DNA of 64,000 bases from contig CAYQWX010000002.1 in NCBI GenBank assembly GCA_964421355.1, positions 10,241 to 74,240 on the forward strand, in the 5' to 3' direction. The first letter of the stretch is position 1. The number at the start of each line of letters is the position of its first letter. This document shows positions 47,534 through 60,295 of the stretch, piece after piece. The notes below the pieces were generated by a model, which saw only the letters and a list, made by a program, of their open reading frames with translations, made no database searches and was not told where the DNA came from. The stretch is from an uncultured Bacteroidales bacterium. Its GTDB lineage: Bacteria; Bacteroidota; Bacteroidia; Bacteroidales; JALTDM01. Both the position numbers and the translations under genes were made by a program.

Positions 47534-49600
47534 TCATTCTTTAATTAGATCTACACTCCTTTTGATAAAATTAGATAATTTTTCTCCTTTTAACATTCCT
47601 TGTGCAAGTAAAGCCAAGTCTAAAAGTTCATTTACTACTTTATGATTTTTTGCAAAATCTTTAAGTATTTTTTCTTTTTCCGTTCTTACTTTAACTATTT
47701 CTTTATCAAGATTGTCCATTTTTTCTTTATCGTCTTTTGGAATATCTTTTTCTTCTTTATCTTTATGTTTTTCTTTTAATTTGTCATATTGTTTTTGTAA
47801 CTCTTCTTTATTTTTATCTAATTCATCTATTTTTTGTTTTATAGTTTTGCCTTTATCTTCTATTACTTTTTTTATCAAAGGATGATTTATATTTATTACT
47901 AATGTATAAGAGTCAGGTACCTCTCCATACATTGTTGTGCCACCTGTCATTTTAGCCATATCTTTCATTCTGCGGAAGAATTCCGGTTGAACTAATTTTA
48001 CAGGTAGTTCATCTTCTTTTCCTTCAATAAATGATACTAAATAAAAGGCTTTACTCTCTTCTTCCACAGGTGCTTTAAATATTTGTATTAACTCGTCTTT
48101 TTCGGGTTCGTCAAGTTTAGCTTCTTTTGTGTCATCTTTATCTATTAGATTATCTGCTATATCTGCATCTACTCTTACAAACTTAATGCTACTTTCTTTT
48201 TGTTCCAGATGATTTATGAAATGTATATCTAATTGTCCATCAAGTACTAATATGTCATAGCCTTTTTGTTTAGCATCGGATATGAAATTATATTGTTCAT
48301 CTTTATTGGTGGTATATATGAATACCAGATTACCGTTTTTATCTTTTTGAGTACTTTTAATCAATTCTTTATATTCTTCTAATGTAAAATGCTTATTTTC
48401 GGTGTTTTTGAATAATACGAATTTAATTGCTTTTTCATAAAATTTGTCATTGGTAATCATTCCATAGTATATAAATAATTTTAGGTCATCCCATTTTTCT
48501 TCAAATGTTTTTCTATCTTTTTTAAATATTTCAAGAAGTTTGTCTGCTACTTTTTTTGTAATGTGTGATGATATTTTTTTAACGTTTGCGTCTGCTTGTA
48601 AATAACTTCTGGATACATTAAGCGGTATGTCTGGAGAGTCTATTATACCGTGTAATAATGTTAAAAATTCGGGAACGATGTTTTCTACAGAGTCTGTTAC
48701 GAATACTTGGTTTGAGTATAGGTATATTTTATTTTTTTGTATTTCTATGTTGTTTCTAATTTTGGGGAAATATAGAACTCCTGTTAAGTTAAATGGATAA
48801 TCTACATTAAGATGTATCCAAAATAAAGGTTCTTCATTAGTGGGATATAGTTCTTTGTAAAATTTTAAGTAATCTTCGTCTTTCAGTTCTGATGGGTTTT
48901 TTGTCCAAATAGGTTCTACATTGTTTATTATATGCGGTTTGTCTGTTTCTATTTCTTTACCGTCTTTCCATTCTTTTTCGTATCCGAAGGCGATTGACAC
49001 CGGCATAAAACGGCAATACTTTTTAAGTAGCTCTTCTATGCGTGTTTCATCAAGATACTCTTCATTTTCTTTGTCTATGTGCATTATTATGTCTGTGCCT
49101 CTGCTTTCTTTTTTATCTGTAATTTCCATTTTGTATGCGGGACTGCCATCACACTCCCAGTGTACAGCAGGAGCATTATCTTTGTATGATTTGGTATAAA
49201 TTTCTACTTTTTCGGATACCATAAAAGAAGAATAAAAGCCTAAGCCAAAATGTCCGATAAGGTTAGCCGCATTGTCTTTATATTTTTCTAAAAATTCTTC
49301 TGCACTGGAAAATGCAATTTCGTTTATATATTTATTTACTTCTTCTTCTGTCATTCCAATACCTCTATCACTTACTGTGATAGTGCGATTTTTTTTGTCT
49401 AATTTTACCCAAATAGTTAGGTCACCAAGTTCTCCTTTAAATTCTCCTTTCCCTGCGAGAACTTTTAGCTTGTTTGTTGCATCTACGGCATTTGATACTA
49501 CTTCTCTCAAAAATATTTCATTATCAGAATATAAAAATTGTTTGATGATTGGAAAGATATTTTCACCGCTTACTCCTATTTTACCTTTTTTTGCATTCAT
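47534..49600 (-). CDS. htpG: Molecular chaperone HtpG (Hsp90 family)
   Basis: FLRE(V)VSNAVDA, GQFGLGFYS-like (GHFGLGFYSSFMV) and LNVSRSYLQ motifs; 688 aa. Confidence 0.95.
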   Translation of the reverse strand: MNAKKGKIGVSGENIFPIIKQFLYSDNEIFLREVVSNAVDATNKLKVLAGKGEFKGELGDLTIWVKLDKKNRTITVSDRGIGMTEEEVNKYINEIAFSSAEEFLEKYKDNAANLIGHFGLGFYSSFMVSEKVEIYTKSYKDNAPAVHWECDGSPAYKMEITDKKESRGTDIIMHIDKENEEYLDETRIEELLKKYCRFMPVSIAFGYEKEWKDGKEIETDKPHIINNVEPIWTKNPSELKDEDYLKFYKELYPTNEEPLFWIHLNVDYPFNLTGVLYFPKIRNNIEIQKNKIYLYSNQVFVTDSVENIVPEFLTLLHGIIDSPDIPLNVSRSYLQADANVKKISSHITKKVADKLLEIFKKDRKTFEEKWDDLKLFIYYGMITNDKFYEKAIKFVLFKNTENKHFTLEEYKELIKSTQKDKNGNLVFIYTTNKDEQYNFISDAKQKGYDILVLDGQLDIHFINHLEQKESSIKFVRVDADIADNLIDKDDTKEAKLDEPEKDELIQIFKAPVEEESKAFYLVSFIEGKEDELPVKLVQPEFFRRMKDMAKMTGGTTMYGEVPDSYTLVININHPLIKKVIEDKGKTIKQKIDELDKNKEELQKQYDKLKEKHKDKEEKDIPKDDKEKMDNLDKEIVKVRTEKEKILKDFAKNHKVVNELLDLALLAQGMLKGEKLSNFIKRSVDLIKE

Positions 49601-49764
49601 AATTTTTTGTTTTTGGAGAGAACTTATAGCAAAAAAAATACCTATTTGATGGTTTATGACAAAAAGTCAATAAACAAAAAAAGCTGTTATTTTATGAACA
49701 TTATCCAATTGCTTTTTTAGTAGCAGATTAAATAGTCTTATTGGTGTTAATTTTAGTTGATATT

Positions 49765-50670
49765 TTATCTTTTGACAATATCGGGGGTAATATGAACGGT
49801 ATCTAGATATACCCCATAACCGCCCCAAATGCCAAGTGCTCCTCCGTTTATGTTTGTATATGGTGTTACCGGTGATGCAAATGGGTTGCCGTTAGAAGCT
49901 TGCTGCTGTTCTGCCGTGTGCCAAAACATAAAACTTTTTCTGTCTAATGAGCAGAATTTAACAACAACTGTTTCTCCCATTACAAAATAATACCACTTGA
50001 TGCCAAGACTGTCTCTGCCTTCTTCATCATATAAATCTTGTTGCATTATGTTTCTTCCTCTGTATATTGAAAATTCCATTGTTTGTCCATTGTAAAATTT
50101 ATCTTCATCTACCGACATATCGGGGTGTACGAATATGAAATCTTTACCTAATGTTTTTGAAAGTATTCGATAATTGTTTCCAAGGGTATCAGGGTCTTTT
50201 GCATAAATCCATAAAAAACCCAAAGTATCGATATCATGTCTGGGGTCGGGATAAAATTTTATACTGTCTATTGGCACTGCGTATGGTATTGTAGTTGTAG
50301 CCGTATAAGTTTTACCATTATAAATGACTTTTAAATAGTAAGTTTTGCCTGCTTCTCCTATTATTTTAGTGCCTTTGAAAATCTTGAATCCTCCATGATT
50401 AAAATATGTAAGAGTATCTGTTTGGTTATTGTCACTTACTATTACAGTTGCTTCGTCGCCTCCTATCAAAATATTGTTTACTGCATTGGTGTCTATTGGT
50501 TCAAAATATGGTATGCTTTTGGATAGTTTCACTTCTGCATAAGTTCCTGTTTCTATGCTTCCTTCTATTACTAATTTGGATTTGTATTCGGGTAAATCTA
50601 CTGTAATTTCTTTTTCACATCCCCAAGTAAACAACAAAAATGATAATATGATAAAATAATACTTTTTCAT
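49765..50670 (-). CDS. DUF4249-like lipoprotein (partner of the upstream TonB-dependent receptor)
   Basis: Lipoprotein signal (LLFTWGC), then VDLPEYKSKLVIEGSI... It lies directly downstream of a CarbopepD_reg-type TonB receptor, the usual pairing. Confidence 0.65.
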   Translation of the reverse strand: MKKYYFIILSFLLFTWGCEKEITVDLPEYKSKLVIEGSIETGTYAEVKLSKSIPYFEPIDTNAVNNILIGGDEATVIVSDNNQTDTLTYFNHGGFKIFKGTKIIGEAGKTYYLKVIYNGKTYTATTTIPYAVPIDSIKFYPDPRHDIDTLGFLWIYAKDPDTLGNNYRILSKTLGKDFIFVHPDMSVDEDKFYNGQTMEFSIYRGRNIMQQDLYDEEGRDSLGIKWYYFVMGETVVVKFCSLDRKSFMFWHTAEQQQASNGNPFASPVTPYTNINGGALGIWGGYGVYLDTVHITPDIVKR

Positions 50671-50677
50671 AATTTTT

Positions 50678-53059
50678 TTAGAATTTAAAGTTCCATGTTA
50701 TAGATGGTATAATTGGGAACAATGATACTTGATATGCTTTTGTTACTAATGATCCGTCATAAAAATTTCCTTCTTGGTCAAAATAAATGAAATACGGATT
50801 TTGATGGTTGTAAACATTGTATATTGAAAAATTCCAATAGGACTTGAATTTTCTTTTTTTATTTGGTTTAGGTGTATAAGTGACAGATAAATCCAAACGG
50901 TGATATGGTTCCATACGGTAAGAATTTCTTGCCATATATTCTACTACCATACGGTAATCTATCATGTAGTATGCAACGGGTAGTGTAACGGCATTTCCCG
51001 TGGCATATACAAATACGGCGGATGCAGTGAATTTATCGTTTATGGTGTAATTGGCTACTATTGACAAATCATGTCTTCTATCATATTTGGCGGGAAAAGG
51101 TTTGCCCTCGTTCAAGTCAGGAAACATTTTTGTTGTTTTGGATAGAGTATAACCAATCCAGCCTGTAAATCTTCCTGAGTTTTTTCTTATGAATAGTTCT
51201 ACACCATAAGATTCTCCGCTGCCAAAAACAAAACTGTTATCTTCATTGCCGCCTGCATTTTCTCCCGGATATGCTCCATCTTTGTATTCTATTTGATGTT
51301 TCATATTTTTGTAGTATGCTTCTACGGAAGTTTCAATTTCGTTATCCATAAAATTTCTAAAATATCCAACTGCATATTGTTCGCTAAATTGCGGTAATAC
51401 TCTTGTTGAACTTGGTACCCACAAATCGGTAGGCATTGAGGCGCTTGATATAGATGCCATGTGCACATATTGGTAATTTTGTGTGTATGAGGCTTTTATA
51501 GATGATTTTGAATTTAGTGTATAACGTCCTATTAGTCTGGGTTCGGCTCTTACATAAGTAACTACATTTTGCCATGGTTTGTAGTGTATCGTATCTATAA
51601 TATTTCCTAGAGTGCCTACAACATAACGGTCAAAAGGTCCTATTTGTTGAAACAGTGTAGGACGTAACCCGACATGTATTTTGAATTTTTCCGTAACATC
51701 AAAGTCATCACTAATATATAATGCGGCTTCGTTGGCATATTGATTTACTCCTTCTCCTATGCTATATTCGGTATCTCCTACTTTAGCTGAAAATGATTGA
51801 GGTTTGAAGTCATGAAAGATATATTGTGCACCAAAATTTATTTTGTGTCTTACATCGGGTAAATAAGTGAAATCAGCTTTAATTGAAGCATCTTGTATTC
51901 CTGATAAAAGTTTCATTTCAAAATCGTTTTGAACAGCACCAAATTCAAAATGATAATTACTGTACACGGCAGTCGTGTTCATAAATAATTGACTGGAAAA
52001 CAGGTGATTCCACCTCAATGTGGTTGTTGCATTTCCCCATGGTATATTTGCTCTAAATGCTCCTCCCATGCCATCAAAAGAAAATACATCTCTACCAAAG
52101 TATCCGCTTAAATACAAACGGTTTTTATTTGAGAATTTATAATTTACTTTTGTATTCAAATCGTAAAAATAATATCCTGTAGTTTTGGCTTTGGAGCCTT
52201 TTGGAGCAAGTGCATGCATAAAAATATCGGCATAAGTTCTTCTTCCAGATATCATAAATGATGCGGTGTCTTTTTTTATAGGACCTTCTACCGTAAGTCG
52301 TGATGCTATAATTCCTATTCCTCCTTCTGCATGATATTCTTTCATGTTGCCTTCTTTCATGGTAATGTCCAATACGGAAGATAGTCTGCCTCCGTATTTA
52401 GTAGGCATCCCTCCTTTGATCAGGTTTACGTCTTTTACTGCATCCCCATTGAATACCGAGAAAAATCCGAATAGATGTGCTGCATTATACACTACGGCAT
52501 CGTCAAGTATGATTAAGTTTTGGTCAGGCCCCCCTCCTCTAACATAAAAACCTGCACTTCCTTCACCTCCAGATTGTACTCCGGGTAATAGCTGGATAGT
52601 TTTGAGTACATCTACTTCTCCGAATACTACAGGTATGGTTTTTATTTCTTCCACAGGTATTTTTACTGTACTCATTCTTACTTCTTTTACATTTTCGTCA
52701 GGGCGTTTTGATTTTACAACTATTGTTTTTGTTACAAAAGCATTTTTTTCAAGTTCAATGTTTAATTCAATATTTTTGTTGAGATGAATATTTTTTTCAA
52801 AATCTTTGTATCCTATAAATGAGGCTTTTAGTAAATAATCTCCTTGTGGTAAAGTAAGAGAATAAAAGCCGTATTGGTTTGAGACAACACCTTTTTGTAT
52901 TGATGGGATATATACTGTGGCTCCATATAATGATTCTCCAGAAGATGCATCTTTTATATACCCACTTATGGTATATTTGTTTTGAGCTGTAATATTACTT
53001 ATGATAAAAAAGAAAAGTAAAGTTATAATTATATAGTTTATTACCTTATTATTTTGCAT
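50678..53059 (-). CDS. TonB-dependent outer-membrane receptor with N-terminal carboxypeptidase-regulatory-like domain
   Basis: YTISGYIKDASSGESLYGATVYI (CarbopepD_reg), plug region (VLKTIQLLPGVQSGGEGSAGFYVRGG) and a long barrel ending ...PSITWNFKF. Confidence 0.85.
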   Translation of the reverse strand: MQNNKVINYIIITLLFFFIISNITAQNKYTISGYIKDASSGESLYGATVYIPSIQKGVVSNQYGFYSLTLPQGDYLLKASFIGYKDFEKNIHLNKNIELNIELEKNAFVTKTIVVKSKRPDENVKEVRMSTVKIPVEEIKTIPVVFGEVDVLKTIQLLPGVQSGGEGSAGFYVRGGGPDQNLIILDDAVVYNAAHLFGFFSVFNGDAVKDVNLIKGGMPTKYGGRLSSVLDITMKEGNMKEYHAEGGIGIIASRLTVEGPIKKDTASFMISGRRTYADIFMHALAPKGSKAKTTGYYFYDLNTKVNYKFSNKNRLYLSGYFGRDVFSFDGMGGAFRANIPWGNATTTLRWNHLFSSQLFMNTTAVYSNYHFEFGAVQNDFEMKLLSGIQDASIKADFTYLPDVRHKINFGAQYIFHDFKPQSFSAKVGDTEYSIGEGVNQYANEAALYISDDFDVTEKFKIHVGLRPTLFQQIGPFDRYVVGTLGNIIDTIHYKPWQNVVTYVRAEPRLIGRYTLNSKSSIKASYTQNYQYVHMASISSASMPTDLWVPSSTRVLPQFSEQYAVGYFRNFMDNEIETSVEAYYKNMKHQIEYKDGAYPGENAGGNEDNSFVFGSGESYGVELFIRKNSGRFTGWIGYTLSKTTKMFPDLNEGKPFPAKYDRRHDLSIVANYTINDKFTASAVFVYATGNAVTLPVAYYMIDYRMVVEYMARNSYRMEPYHRLDLSVTYTPKPNKKRKFKSYWNFSIYNVYNHQNPYFIYFDQEGNFYDGSLVTKAYQVSLFPIIPSITWNFKF

Positions 53060-53163
53060 TTCATTATTGTATTTCAGTGTTTTATATGTTGATAATTTTA
53101 ACTTGTAAATTTAATGTAATTAATATTAAGATGTATCGCAATGAATGTTTTTTTGTATTTTAG

Positions 53164-55200
<2,037 letters not shown>

Positions 55201-55262
55201 ATATTGTGTGTAAAAAAATAATTTTTTCTACCATTTTTATTTGGTGGATCAATATTTTGATA

Positions 55263-55270
55263 TATATTTG
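55263..55270 (+). promoter_or_regulatory. -7 promoter box (TATATTTG) for the T9SS cargo gene
   Basis: TAnnTTTG match 32 nt upstream of ATG 55302. Confidence 0.5.
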
Positions 55271-55301
55271 CAATGATAATAACCAAAAAAATTAAATTAT
55301 T

Positions 55302-56222
55302 ATGAAAAAAATTATTTTAGCAGTTTTAGGATTGTTTGTTGGTAGCACAATGTTTGCTCAAAATTTTTCAGCAATACCTAAAAAGTTTGACAAAGGAACA
55401 ATTAAGTTACCTTCTGCTAGTGTGAAAACTACTTGTGATACATTAGATCCTATAGCAGGAAATGATACTATTACAGTTTATAGTATAGTTGATGCTCAGG
55501 GAAATTTTAAAGGGTATATGACTGGAACAAATCCTTATTTTACATCTAATGGAGAGTATTTTACTTATACAGGTACAGGAACTCAATTAAGTGAAATGTA
55601 TGTTTATTTTGGAGAAGTAAATGACGGAGGGAATGGAACATCTATTTCTGTAAAAGTCTATGCTCCTTTGAATGATACAACTCCTGGTACTGAATTGGCA
55701 TCTACAAATGTTCCATTATCAGATATAACAACTTCGTCTTTAACACACATTACTTTTTCTACACCTGCTACCATTAGTGGTAATTTTATTATAACAATAG
55801 ATGATCCAACAGGTAATAATGATTCTATAGCAATTTATTCTAATAAATCAGGACATTCTACTCCTCCAGATATTGCTCTTGCAAAATATAATGGACAATG
55901 GTATCCTATTGATCATCTTATGCAAAATTTATCACCTCTTTCTTTAGCTATTATGCCTATTATATGTGACAACCAAACAAATGCAGAAACAGCTGCTTTA
56001 AATAATGTTGTAGTATATCCTACTTTAACAAGTGGTAAAATATTATTTGGTGGAGCAAACAATGCAATGGTTGATATTTATGATATTACAGGTAAAAAAG
56101 TTGCATCTTTCAATAATGTAAATAATCACATAAATATTTCTAATTTGAATAATGGTGTTTATGTATTGAGAATGATGCAAGACGGTAAAATGTTAGTTAA
56201 GAAGATAGTTTTACAAAAATAA
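55302..56222 (+). CDS. Secreted protein with T9SS (Por) C-terminal sorting domain
   Basis: Signal peptide MKKIILAVLGLFVGSTMFAQ. The C-terminal ~75 aa (VVVYPTLTSGKILF...DIYDITGKKV...NGVYVLRMMQDGKMLVKKIVLQK) match the T9SS CTD pattern. The N-terminal domain is unassigned. Confidence 0.75.
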   Translation: MKKIILAVLGLFVGSTMFAQNFSAIPKKFDKGTIKLPSASVKTTCDTLDPIAGNDTITVYSIVDAQGNFKGYMTGTNPYFTSNGEYFTYTGTGTQLSEMYVYFGEVNDGGNGTSISVKVYAPLNDTTPGTELASTNVPLSDITTSSLTHITFSTPATISGNFIITIDDPTGNNDSIAIYSNKSGHSTPPDIALAKYNGQWYPIDHLMQNLSPLSLAIMPIICDNQTNAETAALNNVVVYPTLTSGKILFGGANNAMVDIYDITGKKVASFNNVNNHINISNLNNGVYVLRMMQDGKMLVKKIVLQK

Positions 56223-56247
56223 GAAATATGTAAATATTTATTCTTGA

Positions 56248-56272
56248 AAGGGCTGCCGTGTGGTAGCCCTTT
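56248..56272 (+). terminator. Rho-independent terminator after the T9SS cargo gene
   Basis: aaagggct / agcccttt stem followed by TTGTTTTT. Confidence 0.7.
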
Positions 56273-56691
56273 TTGTTTTTGTAATAAAAATTTTGATGTA
56301 ACAGGGTGAGGTTTACGAATTATGAAGACTTTTAACTCGTAATAATTTATTAAAAGTATTATTAGATAATAATGCTTTTGGCTTGCAATGACTAGTGTAG
56401 TTATTTAATCAACTCTACTTCTCTTCAACCTAGTGTAGGAGTTTTTATTATAAAACACACTTACTTTTTTATTTTGTAAATTAGACTATTACAGATTTAT
56501 TTTGTTTTTTCTCCACTTTTGGCTTGATTCAAAAAGTGGCAAAAGGTAAAAAAATGCTATTAAAGATGTTTAATAAAGTGGAAAACACCTTAATACTCAT
56601 TTGTTTGGTATAGGTGATGAGAATAAAACTTTTGTATTAATAATTGTTTTACTAATGACCATAGTAAGTAAAATTAACCACTAAATTTTAT

Positions 56692-56699
56692 TATCTTTG
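56692..56699 (+). promoter_or_regulatory. -7 promoter box (TATCTTTG) for the alanine dehydrogenase-family gene
   Basis: TAnnTTTG match 32 nt upstream of ATG 56731. Confidence 0.5.
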
Positions 56700-56730
56700 C
56701 AAATAATGTAAATGTCAAATATGTTTTCTA

Positions 56731-57942
56731 ATGAAAAGAGAATTTACAAACTTGCCAATAGAAAGTATTCTACCCGAAGAAAAACTTTTAAAAATAGAAA
56801 AAAAGCACAAAAAGGTTGTTATTGGTATTCCTAAAGAGCAGAATAAAAATGAAAACCGTATTGCATTAGTTCCGCAATCAATAGAACTTTTTACCAATTA
56901 TGGATTTGAAGTGCTGGTAGAAGCAGGAGCTGGTAAAAAAGCTAATTTCCCTGACTCTAATTTTAGTGATTTGGGAGCAAAAATAGTTAATGATAAAAAC
57001 AAGGTTTGGAATGCTGATATTGTATTAAAAATAGCTCCACCAACCATAGAAGAATTAGATTTGATGCAAAATGGTAAAATACTTTTATCATCTTTTCATA
57101 CGGTATCACAATCAAGACAAATACTTGAGAAATTTAAAGAAAAACGACTTACTGCCATAGGTTTTGAATTTATACGGGATAATGACTATTATTATCCTTT
57201 TGTTCGTTCTATGAGTGAAATAGCAGGTAGTGCTTCTATAATTATTGCTGCAGAACTATTAAGCACTACTACCCACGGTGGGATGGGAAAACTTTTGGGA
57301 GGTATTACAGGAGTTAATCCTACTGAAGTTGTAATAATTGGAGCTGGTACTGTGGGAGAAAATGCTGCACGCACAGCATTAGCTCTGGGGGCTTCTGTAA
57401 AAGTATTTGATAAGTCCATTTATAAACTTCGAAGCATTAAGCACAAACTTTGTAAAAACATATATACTTCCGTATTACAACCTCGTGTGTTAGAAAATGC
57501 ACTTAAAAATGCAGATGTGGTAATTGCAGCCATGTGGGTAGATGAAGGTAAACCTGAAATGATAATTACACGAGACTTAATAAAAAATATGAAAAAAGGA
57601 GCAGTTATTATAGATGTAAGTGTAGATAAAGGTGGTATATTGGAAACTTCCCGTACCACATCTTTGGATAATCCCGTGTTTGTAGAAGCTGGTGTAATAC
57701 ATTACGGAGTACCTAATATTGCATCTAAATTTGCCCGCACCTCTTCTTATGCCATAAGTAATTTGCTTGAAGATTTGTTACTGGAGCTGGCGGCATCACC
57801 CTCACTAGAACATGCATTAAAAATAAATACTTCTTTGAGGACAGGAACATATTTCTACAAAGGTATTTTAACAAACAGGTCTATTGCCAATTATTTTGAA
57901 GTGCAATATCAAGACATAAACTTACTAATTGCTGCGTTCTAA
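56731..57942 (+). CDS. Alanine dehydrogenase / PNT family NAD(H)-binding protein
   Basis: ENRIALVP N-terminal domain start and a VVIIGAGTVGENAA Rossmann motif. At 403 aa it is somewhat longer than classical Ald. Confidence 0.75.
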   Translation: MKREFTNLPIESILPEEKLLKIEKKHKKVVIGIPKEQNKNENRIALVPQSIELFTNYGFEVLVEAGAGKKANFPDSNFSDLGAKIVNDKNKVWNADIVLKIAPPTIEELDLMQNGKILLSSFHTVSQSRQILEKFKEKRLTAIGFEFIRDNDYYYPFVRSMSEIAGSASIIIAAELLSTTTHGGMGKLLGGITGVNPTEVVIIGAGTVGENAARTALALGASVKVFDKSIYKLRSIKHKLCKNIYTSVLQPRVLENALKNADVVIAAMWVDEGKPEMIITRDLIKNMKKGAVIIDVSVDKGGILETSRTTSLDNPVFVEAGVIHYGVPNIASKFARTSSYAISNLLEDLLLELAASPSLEHALKINTSLRTGTYFYKGILTNRSIANYFEVQYQDINLLIAAF

Positions 57943-58027
57943 AAAAATCAAAAAGTATTTATTCTATAAAATTTCTATAATAATTTTTTATTACCTTGCA
58001 CTCCAACTTTAATTAAAATAAAATATT

Positions 58028-60178
58028 ATGAAAACAATTTCCAAAAGTATTTTGTTAGTTATGTTTGCGGTGTTTATTACATCGTGTAATTACAATCAAA
58101 AACCAAATAATATGATGGCAAAAAATACAAAGGATACAACGAATAATCCGCTTTTGCAAAAGTTTGATACTCCGTTTGGGGTACCTCCTTATGACAAGAT
58201 AAAACCTGAACATTATTTGCCTGCACTAAAAAAGGCAATAGAAGTTCATAACAAGGAAATTGAAGAAATAGTAAATAATCCTGAAGAGCCTACTTTCAAA
58301 AATACAATAGTGGCTTATGCTCGTAGTGGACGTTTGTTTGATAGAATTACAAGTATATTTTTTACTGTAAATGAGGCAAATACCAATGATGAAATGGAAA
58401 AAATTGCAGGGGAAATTACTAAACTGCAAACTAAACACGAAACAGACATTTTACTTAATGAAAAACTTTTCCAAAGAATAAAAACTGTATATGACAAAAG
58501 GAATGAATATAATCTAAATCAAGAAGATAGTGCATTACTCGGAAAAATATATAACGATTTTACAAGAAATGGAGCAAACTTAAACGAAGAGGATAAAGCA
58601 AAATTAAGGAAACTGAATGAAGAGTTATCCTTATTAAAATTGAAATTTGGACAACATGTATTGGCAGAAACCAATCGTTTTAAGCTTGTGGTAGACAAAA
58701 AGGAAGACCTTGCGGGATTACCCGATTATATGATAAAAGATGCAGCAAAAAAAGCCGAAGATGCAGGACTAAAAGGTAAATGGGTCTTCACAATTGACCG
58801 ACCAACATTATATCCTTTTTTGACCTATGCTAAAAATAGGGCTTTAAGACAAAAATTGCTTGAAGGTTATATAACCAAAGGAGACCACAATGATAGCTTG
58901 GATAACAAAGAAATAGTAAATAAAATAGTGAACCTTAGAATACAAAAGGCAAAACTCCTTGGTTATAATACATGGGCTGATTTCCGTTTGTCTAACAATA
59001 TGGCAAAAACTCCTGATAATGTCTATAATTTGATGAATAAAATATGGGAACCTGCTTTGAATGTGGCAAAAAAAGAAGCTACCGAATTACAAAAAATGAT
59101 AGACAAAGAAAATGGTGGATTTAAACTTCAACCTTGGGACTGGTGGTATTATGCAGAAAAAGTAAGAAAACAAAAATATAACCTCGAAGATGAAGAACTA
59201 AAACCTTATTTCAAACTTGAAAATGTAGTAAAAGGGATATTTTATACAGCAAAACGACTTTATGGACTTCAGTTTGAAGAAAGGAAAGATTTACCAGTTT
59301 ATCATCCTGATGTGAGAGCTTTTTTGGTAAAAGGTGCACAAGGAGATACTATCGGAATACTTTATATGGACTTTTTTGTAAGACCATCCAAACGTGGTGG
59401 AGCATGGATGGAAGCAATAAGAAAAGAATACAAAGATGAAAACGGCAAACGTGTGCCTCCTATAATTTATATAGTTACCAATTTCCCACCACCTTCACAA
59501 GATAGACCTTCTCTCTTGACATTGGAACAAGTTACTACTTTGTTTCATGAATTTGGACACTCTTTACACGGATTGCTTACACAATGTACATACCGTATGA
59601 TTTCGGGAACATCGGTATATAGAGATTTTGTGGAATTTCCTTCCCAGTTTATGGAAAATTTTGCAACAGAACCCGAAGTGCTAAAACAATATGCATTCCA
59701 TTATCAAACAGGCAAAGTAATACCTGATGAGTTGATACAAAAAATAGAAAATAGTAAATATTTCAATCAAGGATTTGCTACTGTAGAATATCTTTCTGCC
59801 GCTTATCTTGATATGGATTGGCATACTCTCACAGAAAATAAAGATTATGATGTAAATAAATTTGAAAAAGATGCTTTGGACAAAATAGGTCTGATCCCTC
59901 AAATAGTGGTGAGGTATAGAAGCACATATTTTAACCATATTTTTTCAGGAGATTATTCTGCAGGATATTACAGTTATATTTGGGCAGATGTGCTGGTAGC
60001 TGATGCGTATGCTTATTTTAAAGAAAAAGGAATATTCAACCCCGAAGTAACTACTGCTTTCAGAAAAAATATACTTGAAAAAGGAGGAACAGAAGACCCG
60101 ATGGTGCTTTACAAAAAGTTTAGAGGACAAAAGCCAGATGTAAAATGGCTATTGAAGGCAAGAGGGCTAATTAAATAA
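58028..60178 (+). CDS. dcp: M3 family metallopeptidase, peptidyl-dipeptidase Dcp-like, lipoprotein signal
   Basis: HEFGH zinc motif (TLFHEFGHSLHG), a downstream EFPSQFMEN glutamate, and a lipobox-like FITSC. Confidence 0.88.
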   Translation: MKTISKSILLVMFAVFITSCNYNQKPNNMMAKNTKDTTNNPLLQKFDTPFGVPPYDKIKPEHYLPALKKAIEVHNKEIEEIVNNPEEPTFKNTIVAYARSGRLFDRITSIFFTVNEANTNDEMEKIAGEITKLQTKHETDILLNEKLFQRIKTVYDKRNEYNLNQEDSALLGKIYNDFTRNGANLNEEDKAKLRKLNEELSLLKLKFGQHVLAETNRFKLVVDKKEDLAGLPDYMIKDAAKKAEDAGLKGKWVFTIDRPTLYPFLTYAKNRALRQKLLEGYITKGDHNDSLDNKEIVNKIVNLRIQKAKLLGYNTWADFRLSNNMAKTPDNVYNLMNKIWEPALNVAKKEATELQKMIDKENGGFKLQPWDWWYYAEKVRKQKYNLEDEELKPYFKLENVVKGIFYTAKRLYGLQFEERKDLPVYHPDVRAFLVKGAQGDTIGILYMDFFVRPSKRGGAWMEAIRKEYKDENGKRVPPIIYIVTNFPPPSQDRPSLLTLEQVTTLFHEFGHSLHGLLTQCTYRMISGTSVYRDFVEFPSQFMENFATEPEVLKQYAFHYQTGKVIPDELIQKIENSKYFNQGFATVEYLSAAYLDMDWHTLTENKDYDVNKFEKDALDKIGLIPQIVVRYRSTYFNHIFSGDYSAGYYSYIWADVLVADAYAYFKEKGIFNPEVTTAFRKNILEKGGTEDPMVLYKKFRGQKPDVKWLLKARGLIK

Positions 60179-60200
60179 AATAAACCATATTTAGGATAAA

Positions 60201-60229
60201 AGAGACCATTCTTTAGCAGGGTGGTCTCT
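60201..60229 (+). terminator. Rho-independent terminator after dcp
   Basis: agagacca / tggtctct stem followed by a T-run. Confidence 0.75.
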
Positions 60230-60295
60230 TTTTTTATTATTTTTGACGGACAAACTGAAAAAACAAAAACTTGATTTGTAAAAAAGTGATAACTA

